64,000 bases of DNA, from IMG/VR virus record IMGVR_UViG_3300028591_000105; one strand, given 5' to 3'. Below the pieces are notes generated by a model. The model ran no database searches. It saw nothing but the letters and a program-made list of their open reading frames with translations, and was not told the DNA's origin. This document shows positions 34,124 through 47,168 of this stretch, piece by piece (positions within the stretch are counted from its first letter, which is position 1; each line of letters begins with the position of its first letter). A program made the translations under genes and the position numbers. This DNA comes from an uncultured virus (IMG/VR IMGVR_UViG_3300028591_000105) (taxonomy: Duplodnaviria > Heunggongvirae > Uroviricota > Caudoviricetes).

Positions 34124-34927
34124 TTACTAATCATCACGACGTTTTGGTGGTTTTGGCGGCGGACATGGTGCTGGCGCGGGGATAAACCAAGGATAATATC
34201 CAATTATCTATGGAGGACAATTATGGGCTTCTTTTACGGGAGCATCTTCTTTATGATAAGTAGCTATATGTCTATATCTGTCATCATCTTCACAAACATT
34301 GTAGTTAGTAAATTGATTAGAATTTCTAATACCTTCTCTTTTTTTAGGAGAAAACTATTTGCATCTTAACTAACAATAGAAATTAGTTGTATTTATAATG
34401 TCTTTTTCTTTTAATTCCTTTTCCCATTCTATTCTCTCCTTTCTCCACTCTGCAAGAGGAGTCTAAAGTGATTCAATCGACTCTTCTTCCATTTCAAATG
34501 GTATTCCATAAAGTAATTCTCTTCCCATGTCTGAAGTATACTTATCAAAAGATTCGTCATATTTAAAAATAAATAAAACATAATACTCATCAACTTTAAG
34601 AAGAAGCTTTATCGTGTTTTTAGAAGAAAATCTTGCGTTTAAAAAATTTGCTTCTGTAGCGTCTTTATTAAGTGGTTTAACTACATAAGTTGTAGGAAAT
34701 ATAGTTATGTCCTAAAACTCAAAACCAGTGAATCCCGTATCACAAAATAAAATCTCTCTATCTAAGTTAGGCGCACCTAAAATATTCTAAATTAATGTTA
34801 CCGTTTTTCTATAATCAGATTGTATTGAACATACTTCTCTCTTATCACATTTTAAACACTATATTTCTATTTGTGTATGCTTAGGGTCTTCCTTTATATA
34901 GATGGGATTTAAATATAATTCATGCAT
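34124..34927 (-). CDS. Hypothetical Cys-containing protein with Pro-rich tail
   Basis: Start, end and coupling to neighbours fit a TAG=Gln frame; ends PAPAPCPPPKPPKRR. Confidence 0.6.
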
Positions 34928-35996
34928 TTATATAACCTCCTATCTTATCTAATATATAATTAGAATCTATTTTATTTTTATCTTTATAGCAGATTTCAAT
35001 TAAAGGAATATTATTCTTATGACAATATTCTCTTTTCTTATTATCATAAATTTGCTATTGTATATATCCTTCTTCACCACCCCAAAAGTCCACTGGTTCA
35101 TAATGCTATCTCCCCTAATATTCTATTAAACATTTTAATGTATCATTTTCAAAAATAGCAAAATCAAAGCGTAAAACCTTATTTGTTCCAATTAAATCAG
35201 GAAAACTATATTCTTGTTCATATTTAATGTTCATTTTTTTAAAAAGTTCCTATAAAAATACAGTTGATTTTGTAGTATTTTTGCAGCCACAGCTTGAATT
35301 TTCTTTTATACTCTAAGCTGTTCTGTAGCAGATATTTCCACAACTGCATTGACACTTATAAACAATATTGCGGAATTTTCTTTCTTCTGTCTCTTCAATT
35401 ATTGTAAGTTCACCAATTTTATCTCCTTTCTAAAACTTTTTATTATTACTTGCTTTAATTTTCTATAAACATCCGCAACTTTTAGTATTTCCACTAATTA
35501 ATTTATTTGTCTATACATAAGTTATATTGCCACAGTCGCATATGCATTTAAGTTTAGGTATCCCATCAATATATTTTATTTCTGGCGAAACTGTTAAAAG
35601 CCCAAATTTTTCTCCTACAATACTCTCTCCTCCTTTTCTTTTACCCAAACCACTCCTTGAATGTTCTTTGGCTAAGCAACCACAACTTTTTGTGTTGCCA
35701 CTTTTTAAATTTTCTGTTGATACATTATATTTTATATTGCCGCAGTCACATTTACAAAGCCAGCGACGTGATTGATTTATACTTCCTTCATATTCAATAA
35801 CAACAAGTCTTCCAAATCTTTGTCCTATCAAATTATAGTCTCGTTCTTTAAAATCACACCAAGAGTATTTTTTCTTTATATCTCTTGTAATACTTCTATT
35901 TGAATATCCAATTTTATTGGCAAATTCAGTTGCAGTTTTTGACGAATAAAAAATTTCTTTAAGTTCTTCTTCTGAGAAACGTTCCCATCTTTTCAT
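34920..35996 (-). CDS. Putative free-standing endonuclease (CxCDCG/SCGC repeats + Vsr-like domain)
   Basis: Three Cys modules, then LRFDFAIF...LIEYQGRQHY; paralogue of 2198-3070. Confidence 0.75.
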
Positions 35997-36004
35997 TATA
36001 AATT

Positions 36005-36099
36005 CACCTCACTTGAATTTCCCTCACTTTTAATTAATAAATATTAAATGGGGCGGCGTGAGGTGCCATCGGGTTAATTACTCCCTACCCCATTTAATA
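36005..36099 (-). ncRNA. Candidate cis-regulatory leader RNA (3-way junction, anti-SD loop)
   Basis: 12-bp outer stem 36042-53/36088-99, two inner hairpins; 36058-65 is a perfect complement of SD 36005-12. Confidence 0.55.
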
Positions 36100-36187
36100 A
36101 AGTCAAAATAAAAAGAGGACTCTTTAGTCCTCTATAATAAGTGAAATATTTATTCTATTTATCTAGCTTTTTAGTACGCAGCTTTGA

Positions 36188-36270
36188 TTACACTTTACGC
36201 CGCCACCCATATCTAGTATAAATAATTAAACTCATACTAGATTTGGTAGGTGCGCCGGCGTGAAGTGTAG
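36188..36270. repeat. Palindromic dispersed element
   Basis: tacactttacgccgccacc...atctagtat...atactagat...ggtgcgccggcgtgaagtgta. Confidence 0.7.
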
Positions 36271-36272
36271 TA

Positions 36273-37409
36273 TTAAGACTTATCAATCTGACTCCAATCA
36301 CAATCTTCTGGTCTTTTATCGGGTCTTTCTCTTACTATTTTACCATGACGTAGAGAATAACATCCTCCGATCTTCTCTATCTCCATAGCCGTTAATTCAT
36401 ATACCTTACCTTTCCAATTCTCATTATCTTGAACAATTCCTTTTCTAAAGGAATCATCAATACCAGAAATATAACCAATATGAATAGGCACGCCGTCTTT
36501 CATTACTGAAAAACTTACCGCCGCGGCATAGCCTAAAGCAAAAAGTCTTGTTACTGGAATGATTGGAGCTCCGGCGGTGTAGAGTGCATACTGATTCGTA
36601 GTATACATTTCACCTGTCTTTTCATTATACCAATAGTTCCACTCTTCAAGAGGAGTTTTTCCACTATATTCTTTAGTTGGAGTATTCCAATCTCCGTCAA
36701 GAAAAGCATCTATAGTGTCTTGTAGTTCTTTCTTCATTTTTACAGTGGCTCTTGCCTTACGCTTTTTTGGTTCATAGGGATAATCCTTGCGAGTTATTAC
36801 TAATCCTTCGCCGCCAGCTTGCATGATTTCACCATATAGATTCCAAAGTTCTTCTCCGTCCTTGTAGACTGCTACTTCACTGTAATCAGTAGAAAGAACA
36901 TCAACCAATTCATAATACAAATAATGATTAACTCTGGTGTCAATTGGTTCATTCATAATATTCTTGCCCTTATAAGCAAGAACATCAAATATATAGAAAT
37001 GCAAGTAGCCATTCTTTTTCTGTCTTTCTAAGCACTTATCCTTTAGACAATTTAATACAGATGTCACCTTACGGCTACCTTCGTTGCCTGGCAAGTAAAC
37101 TTCTCCTATGAGGACAGTTTCATTGGGAACATCAGCAAGTGCCTTGCATATCTGAGGTATCCATTCTGCCTTATCTACCCAGCCACCATTTGTACTTTCA
37201 GTTCTACTACGGAGATGAAAATTACCGTCTTTATCCTTAATTAACATTCCCCAAAATCCATCCATTTTTCTTGCTCCTATGTATTGACCACTACAAGCAA
37301 GAGTCTTACATTCTGCTTTTCTTACTGAGGGTGCAGTGGAAGAAGGGTGGCTCCAGTAGCGCATGGGTTCTAGGCTCCAAAAATCATAATTATCAATAAT
37401 AATTTCCAT
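36273..37409 (-). CDS. ATP-dependent DNA ligase
   Basis: RKMDG motif I, IGEV, IFDVL, EGLV, KMK, SLRHG...RPDK. Confidence 0.9.
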   Translation of the reverse strand: MEIIIDNYDFWSLEPMRYWSHPSSTAPSVRKAECKTLACSGQYIGARKMDGFWGMLIKDKDGNFHLRSRTESTNGGWVDKAEWIPQICKALADVPNETVLIGEVYLPGNEGSRKVTSVLNCLKDKCLERQKKNGYLHFYIFDVLAYKGKNIMNEPIDTRVNHYLYYELVDVLSTDYSEVAVYKDGEELWNLYGEIMQAGGEGLVITRKDYPYEPKKRKARATVKMKKELQDTIDAFLDGDWNTPTKEYSGKTPLEEWNYWYNEKTGEMYTTNQYALYTAGAPIIPVTRLFALGYAAAVSFSVMKDGVPIHIGYISGIDDSFRKGIVQDNENWKGKVYELTAMEIEKIGGCYSLRHGKIVRERPDKRPEDCDWSQIDKS

Positions 37410-37496
37410 AAGAAATCCTCCTATTTTAAAATGTATTTAATACTTTTTATAATAATATTATATCACTATTTATAAGAAAAATCAAAGAATTTCTTA

Positions 37497-38006
37497 TTAT
37501 ATTCTGCCATTCCTCACTAAATTCCAAAATACTTCAGCACTATCTTTTAAATCATCAAGTGTGCCTGTATTATCAACTACAAAGTCATAGGTAATATCCA
37601 TAACGCCATCGTCTGCAATATTACCATAAGTTCTATTCAATTTTCTATCAACTAAAATTACAGTAGTATCGAATGTTTCTCTCAGCCATTCAATATCTTC
37701 CCCTTCTCTTGCATCTATAAAAATTAAAGAATCACCTGCTTCTTCTGCAGCATTAATCTCTGCTTCTACATTAATTCGAGGCGAATTATTCCAAGATTCA
37801 AGAGCAAGTTTTAAATCAGAAAGAAATTTTCTATCTACATCTGTCTTGCCGCCGTCCCAACCAAGTAATTTAGCACATTCTTTAACATAAGTTACCATTG
37901 AGTAAATGCTAACGGTCTTATTATCCTTTGCTGCAAAGTCTACTACATATTGCTCAAATGTAGATTTTCCACTGCCGCCTTGTCCATTCATTACAATTAC
38001 TTTCAT
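37497..38006 (-). CDS. P-loop nucleotide kinase (dNMP kinase-like)
   Basis: NGQGGSGKST, GWDG.K, RKFLSDLK, IDARE, DNTGT. Confidence 0.75.
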   Translation of the reverse strand: MKVIVMNGQGGSGKSTFEQYVVDFAAKDNKTVSIYSMVTYVKECAKLLGWDGGKTDVDRKFLSDLKLALESWNNSPRINVEAEINAAEEAGDSLIFIDAREGEDIEWLRETFDTTVILVDRKLNRTYGNIADDGVMDITYDFVVDNTGTLDDLKDSAEVFWNLVRNGRI

Positions 38007-38009
38007 GTA

Positions 38010-38936
38010 TTACCCCCCCAATTTTGCAATAAAGTCCCCTTTCTTATTCGTAGGCCAGTCACCTATAAAACGATACTCTGCGCCGGCTCGCGATAAATCT
38101 ATTGGTACATCATAGAAATTGCAATTCATATAATTTTTGCTTGGTCGATTTGAATAATGTTTAACTGCAATTTGATAGTTAATATCATTTAATATCGGTA
38201 CACTTTCTGAATTATAAAAGTAGAATACAATATTATCACTTTGTTCAACTTCTTGTAGTACTTTTATATTTTTTGCTACAGTTTCTTCACTATCTCCTTC
38301 TTCAACCCATACTAAATCTATGTTCGGAATCTTTTCTGTAATATAAGTTTCCACATTAGGAATAAAGTAAATTAAAGGACTCCCTATCCAATTCTAAAAT
38401 GCTTGTACTTTTGCATTATCTTTATAGAAATCCTTATCAATTACTTTTTCAAACTCATAGAACTTTTGTAGTTCAAACATCTCTGCCGGCGTCAATGTTG
38501 CAATAGGGCTATAACAGCCTTTAAAATCATTAGACGTATATTCTAAATTTAATACCTTATAAATAGGATTGTAATGAGAAAAAAGCACTATATTATCTTG
38601 ATTTTTTGCTTTTTTAAATTTTTGTTTTGAAAAAACACGTTGAGATTTCAAAACATATTTTTTGGTCTTTTTTGGTTTTCCATAAAGAACGAAATGGAAG
38701 TCAGTAATTTCACTAAGACCACGTAAAATGCGATAGCCAATAAGAGAATAAAGGTCATCGGAGTATTCATAAATGAAGGTGTGAGTTTTAAATAATGTGC
38801 CATATGTTTTAAGCATCTAGTTCATAATCCTAGAAATTTGCATGTTTGCTTCGGCGGCGCAGGTTAATTCTGTGGCAGTTGGATAATCGAGGTTAAGAAA
38901 GAAATGGGCTAACTTATGTTTGGTGCTAAAGTTCAT
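38010..38936 (-). CDS. Hypothetical protein with weak NAD-synthetase-like segment
   Basis: Joins ORFs 38394-38816 and 38010-38354 via TAG=Gln; SPIATLTPAEMFEL resembles NadE PIxxLxKxEV. Confidence 0.55.
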
Positions 38937-39203
38937 AAAATTCCTCCTTTGTGTCGTAGTTTTAAAAAATAAAATACAGCGAAGCTGTATTGCAATTTTT
39001 TAAAACGAAATAGTGTATATTTAAAGTGTAATTTATTATACTTTAAAATAAGTAAGTACAATAATCAATTATCTACTCTATAATAATTATAGTATAAAAT
39101 AAGAAGAAAGTCAATTATTTTGGTAGTTAGCTAAATAGATTGACTTTTTATTTTAGATGTGGTATAATGATTATATAAATATATAGTGAGGTGATAGTTA
39201 AAT

Positions 39204-42200
39204 ATGACTTTTGATTAGTTAATTAGTAAATTACTTGATGAAACTACAGTTAGTAATTTTAATAGTATAACATTACATGAATTAAATGAATAGTCACCTG
39301 AGTTCTGGAAAAATTTACTTAATTATTTAAAGAACGAAGAAACAAAACTTGGACATAATTATATAAGAACTGAGGATTTACTTGAAAATAATAGTGATTC
39401 AAGTTCTATTTTTGGTAGAATAAATGAATTAGCAGATTTGAATGATAGTGCAATTACTAATTATATAAATAGTATAAAAAATAAACTTGCAGATAATACA
39501 ACAGGAGTAACTTCTGGTAAGGATTATTTTTGGAATGAATCTGTAAGTAGTCTACTTTCTTATGTTCTTTTAAATTTTGATAATTCTATAGGAGATAGAG
39601 AAATTGTATCTAATATAAAAGTATCTGATATTAAAAATGCAAATGCAGGTAACTCTTTTAATGGGGAAAACTGGGTTCAACCTTGGAAAAATATAGATGG
39701 AAATACTTATAGTGATGTAAGAAGTACTGATAAAATAGAATCTGTTTTAAATAATTCTACTGATTTACAATTTACTAGAACCGCAGGTGTTGATAAATGG
39801 CTACGCCTTATTATGCCTAAGTACACTAGAGCAGTAGAAGTTGAAGATTTAAATCGTAACTTTTGGGTAATTGCCTAGGTTATTACTGCTATCAGTGCAT
39901 ACTTATTTGATGATGATAACCCTATTTTTAATACTTTAGAAAGAATTACTAAGGAGCTTATATAGCTATGGGAAAATACATTATATCTGTGGCTAGCTAT
40001 TGCCTTAATTTCTCAAAGACCTTACTATACAAAGCTACATAGTGAAATTGTAGTAGTTAATTCTAAAGATTTCTATGGTGATGTAAGATATGATAATTTT
40101 GAATAGGGGCTTGCTAGTTTATCTCTTAGTGAAATTTGGACTTATAAACTTAGTTATTTAAAAGATACCTATCCAGAATGCAATCTATGTATTGTACCGA
40201 AAATTCGTTTGAGTAATTATGAACATAATTATTATAGCGCAGAAAAATATCCTGGAGCTATACTTTATAATCGTAATACTGATACAGTTGAATATAGAAA
40301 TTTTAGTGATAGTATAATTTCATGTGAAACATATATAGACAATATAACATCAATAGTTGATACGACAGAAGGATATAAATATATTTGGCCGGCGTCAGAC
40401 GCAAATGGTTATCCTGATTTTGGGGCTAGCAGGTATCATGCCTTTATTAGAACTTTTGGTACAATTAATGCTTCTTTCGATGAAGATAATAATAAAATTA
40501 AATTTGATAGTTTTTAGATAATTCTTTATGATGGAGGATATAATGTAATAGAGGGTTCAAACTATCGAATTAATACTATTACTTGGACTAAAAATTCTTA
40601 TGATTCTATATATACAACAAAAAGTGAAAATATTAATACAGATCCACATCCATTAAGAAATAATGAGACAGGAACAGGAAGTTATGGCAGGGGATATTAC
40701 TTAGGCGATGTAATGAGCTATGCTGCTGTTTCACTTGAACTAGGTGAAGTAGATACAAAAAGTATTAACATGGCACCAATTGGTGGCCCACATTGGTACT
40801 TATCAGAAGAAGAAAAATCTGATGATGAATACCTTAAACAAAATCCTTATCTTCATGGAGGTAGATGGGATTTAGTTACAAATAACGGAACCATTGATTA
40901 TTATAACGATATGGTTAATAATTTAGTAACTGCAAATATGAATATTTTAGAAAAATATATTGCTAGATATGAAGAAGAAAATACAAGCATAAAACTTTTT
41001 GTTGCTGCACGTTATTGCGATTTATATTTGGATGATGAACTTATTGATAAGTTTAAAAGTAATTATTGGCATACTGATGAAGATAACTATTTAAAAACAA
41101 CAATAAATGATATTGATTTTTAGGATTTATATGGACGTCGACTAGGAACGTATTATTATCTTAAAGATGGAATTGCAGAATCTTCCAATTCTAGTAATTA
41201 TGATGGCTCATATTTTGAAATGAGAAAATTAAATGGCAGCTTTATAACAGATAATGTTTAGAGACATTTATTTCCTGAATATAAAACTAATTTTGGTTAT
41301 GACGCTATTGCATCCATTGTAAATGGTTATCTTATAGATTCGACTACTAATTTACCTAAATATGATAATAATAATAAATTACAAAGATTAGATAGCGTTA
41401 CAAGTCCTAATTATCTTGCAGCTAATGCAGAATATTACGCCGAGTAGAGTGGAAGCGGACTTACCAAAATGAACGGTAGTAATGGAGTAAATCTTACTTA
41501 TAAGATTCCAAATTCTGGAACTGGAGCAATAGGTTATTATTATAGTCATATGATGTTAAGATACAATAATTACCGTCAAACTAACTATCGGGGTGCGATT
41601 TTAACTATTCCTGATAATAAGAAACAAAAGCTCTATAAGTATCCTAGATTCCATCATTTATATAATTTTATTCCTCTAAGAAAAGAATTTTCACAAAGAT
41701 ATTTACCTAACTGTCTGAATGATGATGATTTATGTGCACGTAGTCGTGCATATGATATAGGAGAAGGAAGTCTAGATTATGGTAGAAAACGCTTTGAATA
41801 GAATTATATATATACTTTCGTAAAAAATGGCGAAAAAATGGGTAAAGATAATTGGTTTATTCTCTATGTGCAAGTTTGTGGTACATTTAGAGCATTTGAT
41901 AAATATTACTCTTTATAGACTATAGATTCAGATGAAGAATCAACTTTCCTTTATACTCTATCTTATAATTAGAGTGGTTTCAATAATTTATCAAATCTTA
42001 ATAATCAAAGTGATATTTTAGATAGAGACGATTTTACAAATCCTCAGAATTATATAGATTCAATAGGTTCAACAGAAGAAGATAGAACTATTCCCAATAG
42101 TGTTGGAAGCACAACTCCGCTAAAAACTTACTATGCTTTATAGACTTTAAAAGCCCAATATATGTTAGACACTTCTAATTATAATGAATTAAATAAAAAG

Positions 42201-43010
42201 ATTGGTAACAATTATGTCTATGATGATCATATGCATATCCATAGAGATGGTTTTAGTAATGTCTCTTTATGTGGATATACTGACAAGTATCCAAATCCTA
42301 CGACCGTTATCCCTTGGGCGGATGTAAAAACTTGTTAGGCTCTTGCTGCTTTTATTCAAAAAATAGTAGATGATGAATTAGAAGTTAATAACTGGCCTAC
42401 AAGTATTTCATTAGATGATTATAATAATGCAAAAAATAGTGTATATAGAAGTATATCAAAAGCATCTGATTGGTTAATAAAAAATATTATAGATGTACAA
42501 AGTAATTCAGAAGTTTATGGAAAAATAAATTCAGATAAAGAAAAAAAGATTTTAACTTGCATTATAAATAAACCTGGAGACATATCTGGTTCAACAGTAC
42601 AACGTCTACTTGGCGCATTATTATGGAAAGGACATAACTTAGGAATAACAGGAGTCACTGATAGCGATAAGAGTATTATTATTGCTAATGTTCACTTATA
42701 TGAAAGAATGAAGCCTACAGTAACACAAGTTCGTTCTCATATCTTTACAGCAGATGGCAAATATGCTCGTTACGAAAAAGACTGTATAAATGATTATGGT
42801 GAATTAAGAGGATATTGGAAAGAGCAATGTCCATTAGCTGATACCAAAGCAATATGGGCAAAGTACGCCAATGCTATTGAAGAAGCAACTGAAAGTTTTA
42901 ATCCTACATTTGTACGTTATGATAATAAAAATTATTTTTATGACTTTTATCATGACCCACATTAGGGAAGACCAGATTTAGCCATTCCAAATAATACTGT
43001 AGTAGGGTGA
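39204..43010 (+). CDS. Large (~1268 aa) putative virion protein, paralogue 1
   Basis: Five ORF-track fragments share one frame, each ending at TAG; ends TGA 43008-10. Confidence 0.8.
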
Positions 43011-43015
43011 TAAAT

Positions 43016-45979
43016 ATGGGATATAGTAATATAGAAAATTTAATACATGCCTTAGTAAATGATTATACTATTCCGCATATAGAAATAGAATCAGATTTAA
43101 CAGATAATCTTGATGAAGTTTATCATAACTCTTCTGCCGCCGCAAGCAAGAAAAATTTCTGGCTAAATTTTTTAGAATATCTTCATAACGAAAATATGCC
43201 CCTTAAATAGAGCGACTTAGATAATACTAAGTCGCTTGGGGAATTTGTTAATAATTTTTCAGATTTGGATTTGACAAAAGATACTACCGAGGAAATTTAT
43301 ACTTATATTAAAGAATTATTAACTAATAAAAATCAACTTTCTGAAAATGACAATAATCTTTTTTGGAATTTTTCAGTTAATAGATTAATTTATAATGTTA
43401 TAGATACTTATAAAAAATATAACGATAATGTGTCATTAAAAGAGGATGGAGTTATTACTTGGAATAATCAAGAATTTGATATTAAAAATATAACTCATGC
43501 AGATGCTGGCAATGCTTTTGATTTTAATTTTGAAATCAATAATATTGAAAGTGAATTAGTTGTTCCTTGGTAGAATTAGGAAAAACAAACTTTTTATTCT
43601 ATTATGAAAGATGAGTTTTGTGTTCCTATAAATAATGAGCATAAACTTCAATTTACTCGAATTAAAGATAAAAGTCATACTGAATGGATAAGACTATTAA
43701 TGCCACAAAATAATCGAAGAGTTGAAATAATTGATTTAAATAGAAACTTTTGGGTTATTAGTATGGTATTAAGTGAAATTTGTATGTATTTATTTGGTGA
43801 TGATTCTCCTTTTATTAAGCTATTTAAATAGATTATTGATGAAATTATGCAATTGTGGGAAAATGTGTTATATTTATGGATTGCATTAGCAATGTATTGT
43901 AATACTGCATCATCTAATATTCATATTGAATTTTGCCCTGTGCCACCAAGCGAATATGTGCATGACAGATAGTATGATTATACAAATGATGAATCTGATA
44001 TTAACACTATAGAGGAAAGACTTCAATATTTAATAGATAAATATCCTAAACGAATATTAGTAGTAATTCCTTATGTTAGAAAGTATTTTTTAAGTGGAAG
44101 TACTCATCGAGAAGTAGTTTTCCCTTATCTATTATGGCATTTTCCTTTTGCAGAAGATTATAGTTCTGCAAGATTACAAGTATTAAAAACCACTACTTCT
44201 AATATTCCATTAGCTATCTAGTCCTGGGAAGACTCTAGTTCTACTACAGGAGTAGGAATTAGAGATTATTTATCTGGATACCGCATAGCAGGAAATGAAA
44301 TTTATGTTCCCGGCGGTTCTCTTGATGATATTCCTAATTCATATGACCATAGTATTTATAAATATAATGCTATTGCAAGAATTGTTCCTAATGTTTCTTT
44401 TGGAATAGAAGGATAGAACTTAAAAGTAAAGAATTTTACTTTAGAAGTTTATGATATGGTAAGATAGTCTGTTAATAATTCAAGTGGATTTAGAATAGTT
44501 AATGTGACAACATCGAATTAGGTTCTTAATAATAGAACCTTAACTTTAAACTGTACTTATTCAAATAAGCCTAGTTCTATTGATAAGTCTTATGAAGCCT
44601 TATATAAGCCATTCTATATAGGAGAATGTTTAACTACTTATGCCAAAAATAAGAAAATTACATATGGCATATTAGCTAATGAAATAGCATTAAAGCCATT
44701 TGCTGTAGATGAATTAAAAGAAATTCCTGGAATTGGAAACGTAAGAAAAAATGATGAAGCTATTTTAAAATAGTATGCTTTAGAAAATGGAACTACAATA
44801 CCTGACTCAAATGGAAAATTATATTTCAAACTATATACTGGCCGGCATATATCTGGTATACACTATGGTGGAGACAGCGGTGACGGATAGTATAATTGGT
44901 ATGAATTAGATAATACTGGTAAAACCACACCTGTAATAAAAAAACTTTATACTGATAAAGCTACACATGTCCAAGTAATATATAAAGAATCGTATGATGC
45001 AATGCCAAGTAGTGTAAAAGCAAATTTTGAATTAGGTAATCATACAATTGGAAAAATAGGATTGTGCGCTTCTCTTTATAATCCTTTTGCAAGAAAAGAA
45101 ATACTTACATATCCAAAATACTATTATCAAACAGAACATGGAGGTATGGCTTTTCCAATTTCTCTTACTGAATATTGTGGAGAAAAATATAATACTTCAG
45201 GTATTAGTTATTATGAAAATAAAGTTTGGAGCTTTTGGAATCGTTCAGATTTCTTTCTTTATCGAAAGATAGGAGAAGATGAGTATTCAAAAGATAATTG
45301 GTTTATAAGATATGTTTAGGTAAGTGGAGCATATGTGCTACCATATAATGAAAGTTTAGATACTTTTACATGGTCAGATAGTGATGAAACAGTAATTTAG
45401 GAGGATTTTTAGACAGAGTAGTGTTTTAGATACCTATGTAGAGAGGACTCAAATTTAGTTGCACAAAATCAAGTAATAGATTATGATGGCATAATAAAAT
45501 CAGCAAAAATTGATTTTAAGAAAGACAAAAACTTTAATTTTAATATTGGTGATAAGAGACAAAGATTAAATTCTATTAACTAGGATATAGAAAAAAATTC
45601 TTCAATAAATATAACTTATTATCCAATGGTTTATAAAGTTTCTATACATTTATTTGGACCTAATAATTAGTATGAAACTGCTACGTACCGTAGAAGAGAA
45701 AGACTTATTAAAGGATTAACTACAAATGAGTAGTTTAGATTTATAGGTACTGGAGATAGTATAAATGACTGGACATTAGGAGAAGAAACAACTTCTGGTT
45801 TTGGCGCTCTCAGAAAGAAACTTTCTGAATAGTACGTTCTTCAATTAGAAGGTGAACAAACTCAATATGGAACACGATACATGCCTGATTTTGAAGCATC
45901 AAAGCGTAATGGTATTGTACATACTTCTAAAAATGGTTAGACATCAAGTATTGAATCAATGGATACACTTCCATTCTAA
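43016..45979 (+). CDS. Large (~987 aa) putative virion protein, paralogue 2
   Basis: Shares LQFTR, WxRLxMP, DLNRNFWVI, QLWENxLYLW, KDNWFI motifs with 39204-43010. Confidence 0.8.
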
Positions 45980-45983
45980 AAAT

Positions 45984-46012
45984 AAAAGCCCCTTTATTAA
46001 GGGGCTTCTTTT
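45984..46012. terminator. Bidirectional intrinsic terminator
   Basis: aagcccctt-tatt-aaggggctt with flanking A/T tracts between convergent genes. Confidence 0.8.
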
Positions 46013-46284
46013 TATTTTATACTGTTATCAATATCACATATTAAAGTATATTGTGGACTTGGTACTGTTACTATAATTGTCTCTCCATCTAAAGTATAAG
46101 TACAAACTTGTGTTTCATTGGGTTCATGAGTTATAGTGTAATTATATGTAGTATATACCCTATAATCTTTATCCTAATTGACTTCAATTTTATCTACAAT
46201 CCAGCAATCTTTACCTTCCTCTCGTAATTTTTCTGATAAGAGATACGAAACAAAAGGAACTACTGCATTCTTTATAATTACCAT
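46012..46284 (-). CDS. Hypothetical protein
   Basis: 90-aa frame with one TAG=Gln. Confidence 0.55.
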
Positions 46285-46289
46285 TAGTA

Positions 46290-47168
46290 TCAAACTTCCT
46301 ACTATACATAAGTTCCGTTTTCATACTTATATATTCCATTAGTAGGTATATCTACATATAACTTATTTTCTTCGGGTACAATAGGATTTGAATAAGTTCC
46401 ATTTGCATAAGATATGTAAAAAGTTCCATTATTGTAGTATCCTGGTTCAGCGCCGGCAGCAATTTTTGCATAAGCATTTGAAGAGATATGAGTACGAATT
46501 TCTGTTAGACCTTGATAATATTGTTTTTCTAATTCTGTCATATTAAAAACTGCTGCTCTATTGGCTACAGTAGTACCAACTAAAAATTCAACATCTATAG
46601 TCTCATTATTCCTTTCATCATTAAAATTAATTCTACTTCCTTGTTTATCAAAAGCTAACAAAACAGTTCTTGTTGTTATACTATTGTTATTTATACTGTC
46701 AAAAATATATACAATACCTATATTTTGTGGTTTTTTACTTAGTAATACTGAAACAATATTAGCATTATACGAAGTAGCAACTATATTTCCTTCACTATAG
46801 ACATATTCTATTGGACCACTGCCATAATCCTCACGTACTTGAAAATATATATTAGTATTATCTACGCTATAAAAGTCCCAATAACAATAGCGATGCTAAT
46901 TATCAATATAAAGGTCTTCAGGTTTAACTCTTTCTAAAAAACTCTATATAGACTCCTAAGAATTTAAATCCACCTAAAAAACTTTATACCCACCTGCAAT
47001 AAAATCTCCGCCAAGGTTTCCATATATATTCTAACTTCCAGCATGAAGTTCAATCTTCTCCATATTTTCTCTATTCACAATAAAATCCATATTCTCACTT
47101 GCATACAAATTTGCTTTCTCAATCAAATTTCCACTATAATCATTGCCCTTATACATAATCGAGTTCAT
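46290..47168 (-). CDS. Putative tail-associated protein
   Basis: GGAGGT RBS, TAGA-N19-ACTT upstream; C-terminal KLYVDIPTNGIYKY..GTYVQ motif typical of tail modules. Confidence 0.65.

Noticed and set aside
38010..38936. Functional NAD+ synthetase
   Set aside because: Only a short PIxxL-like resemblance; the SGGxDS ATP-binding motif is absent
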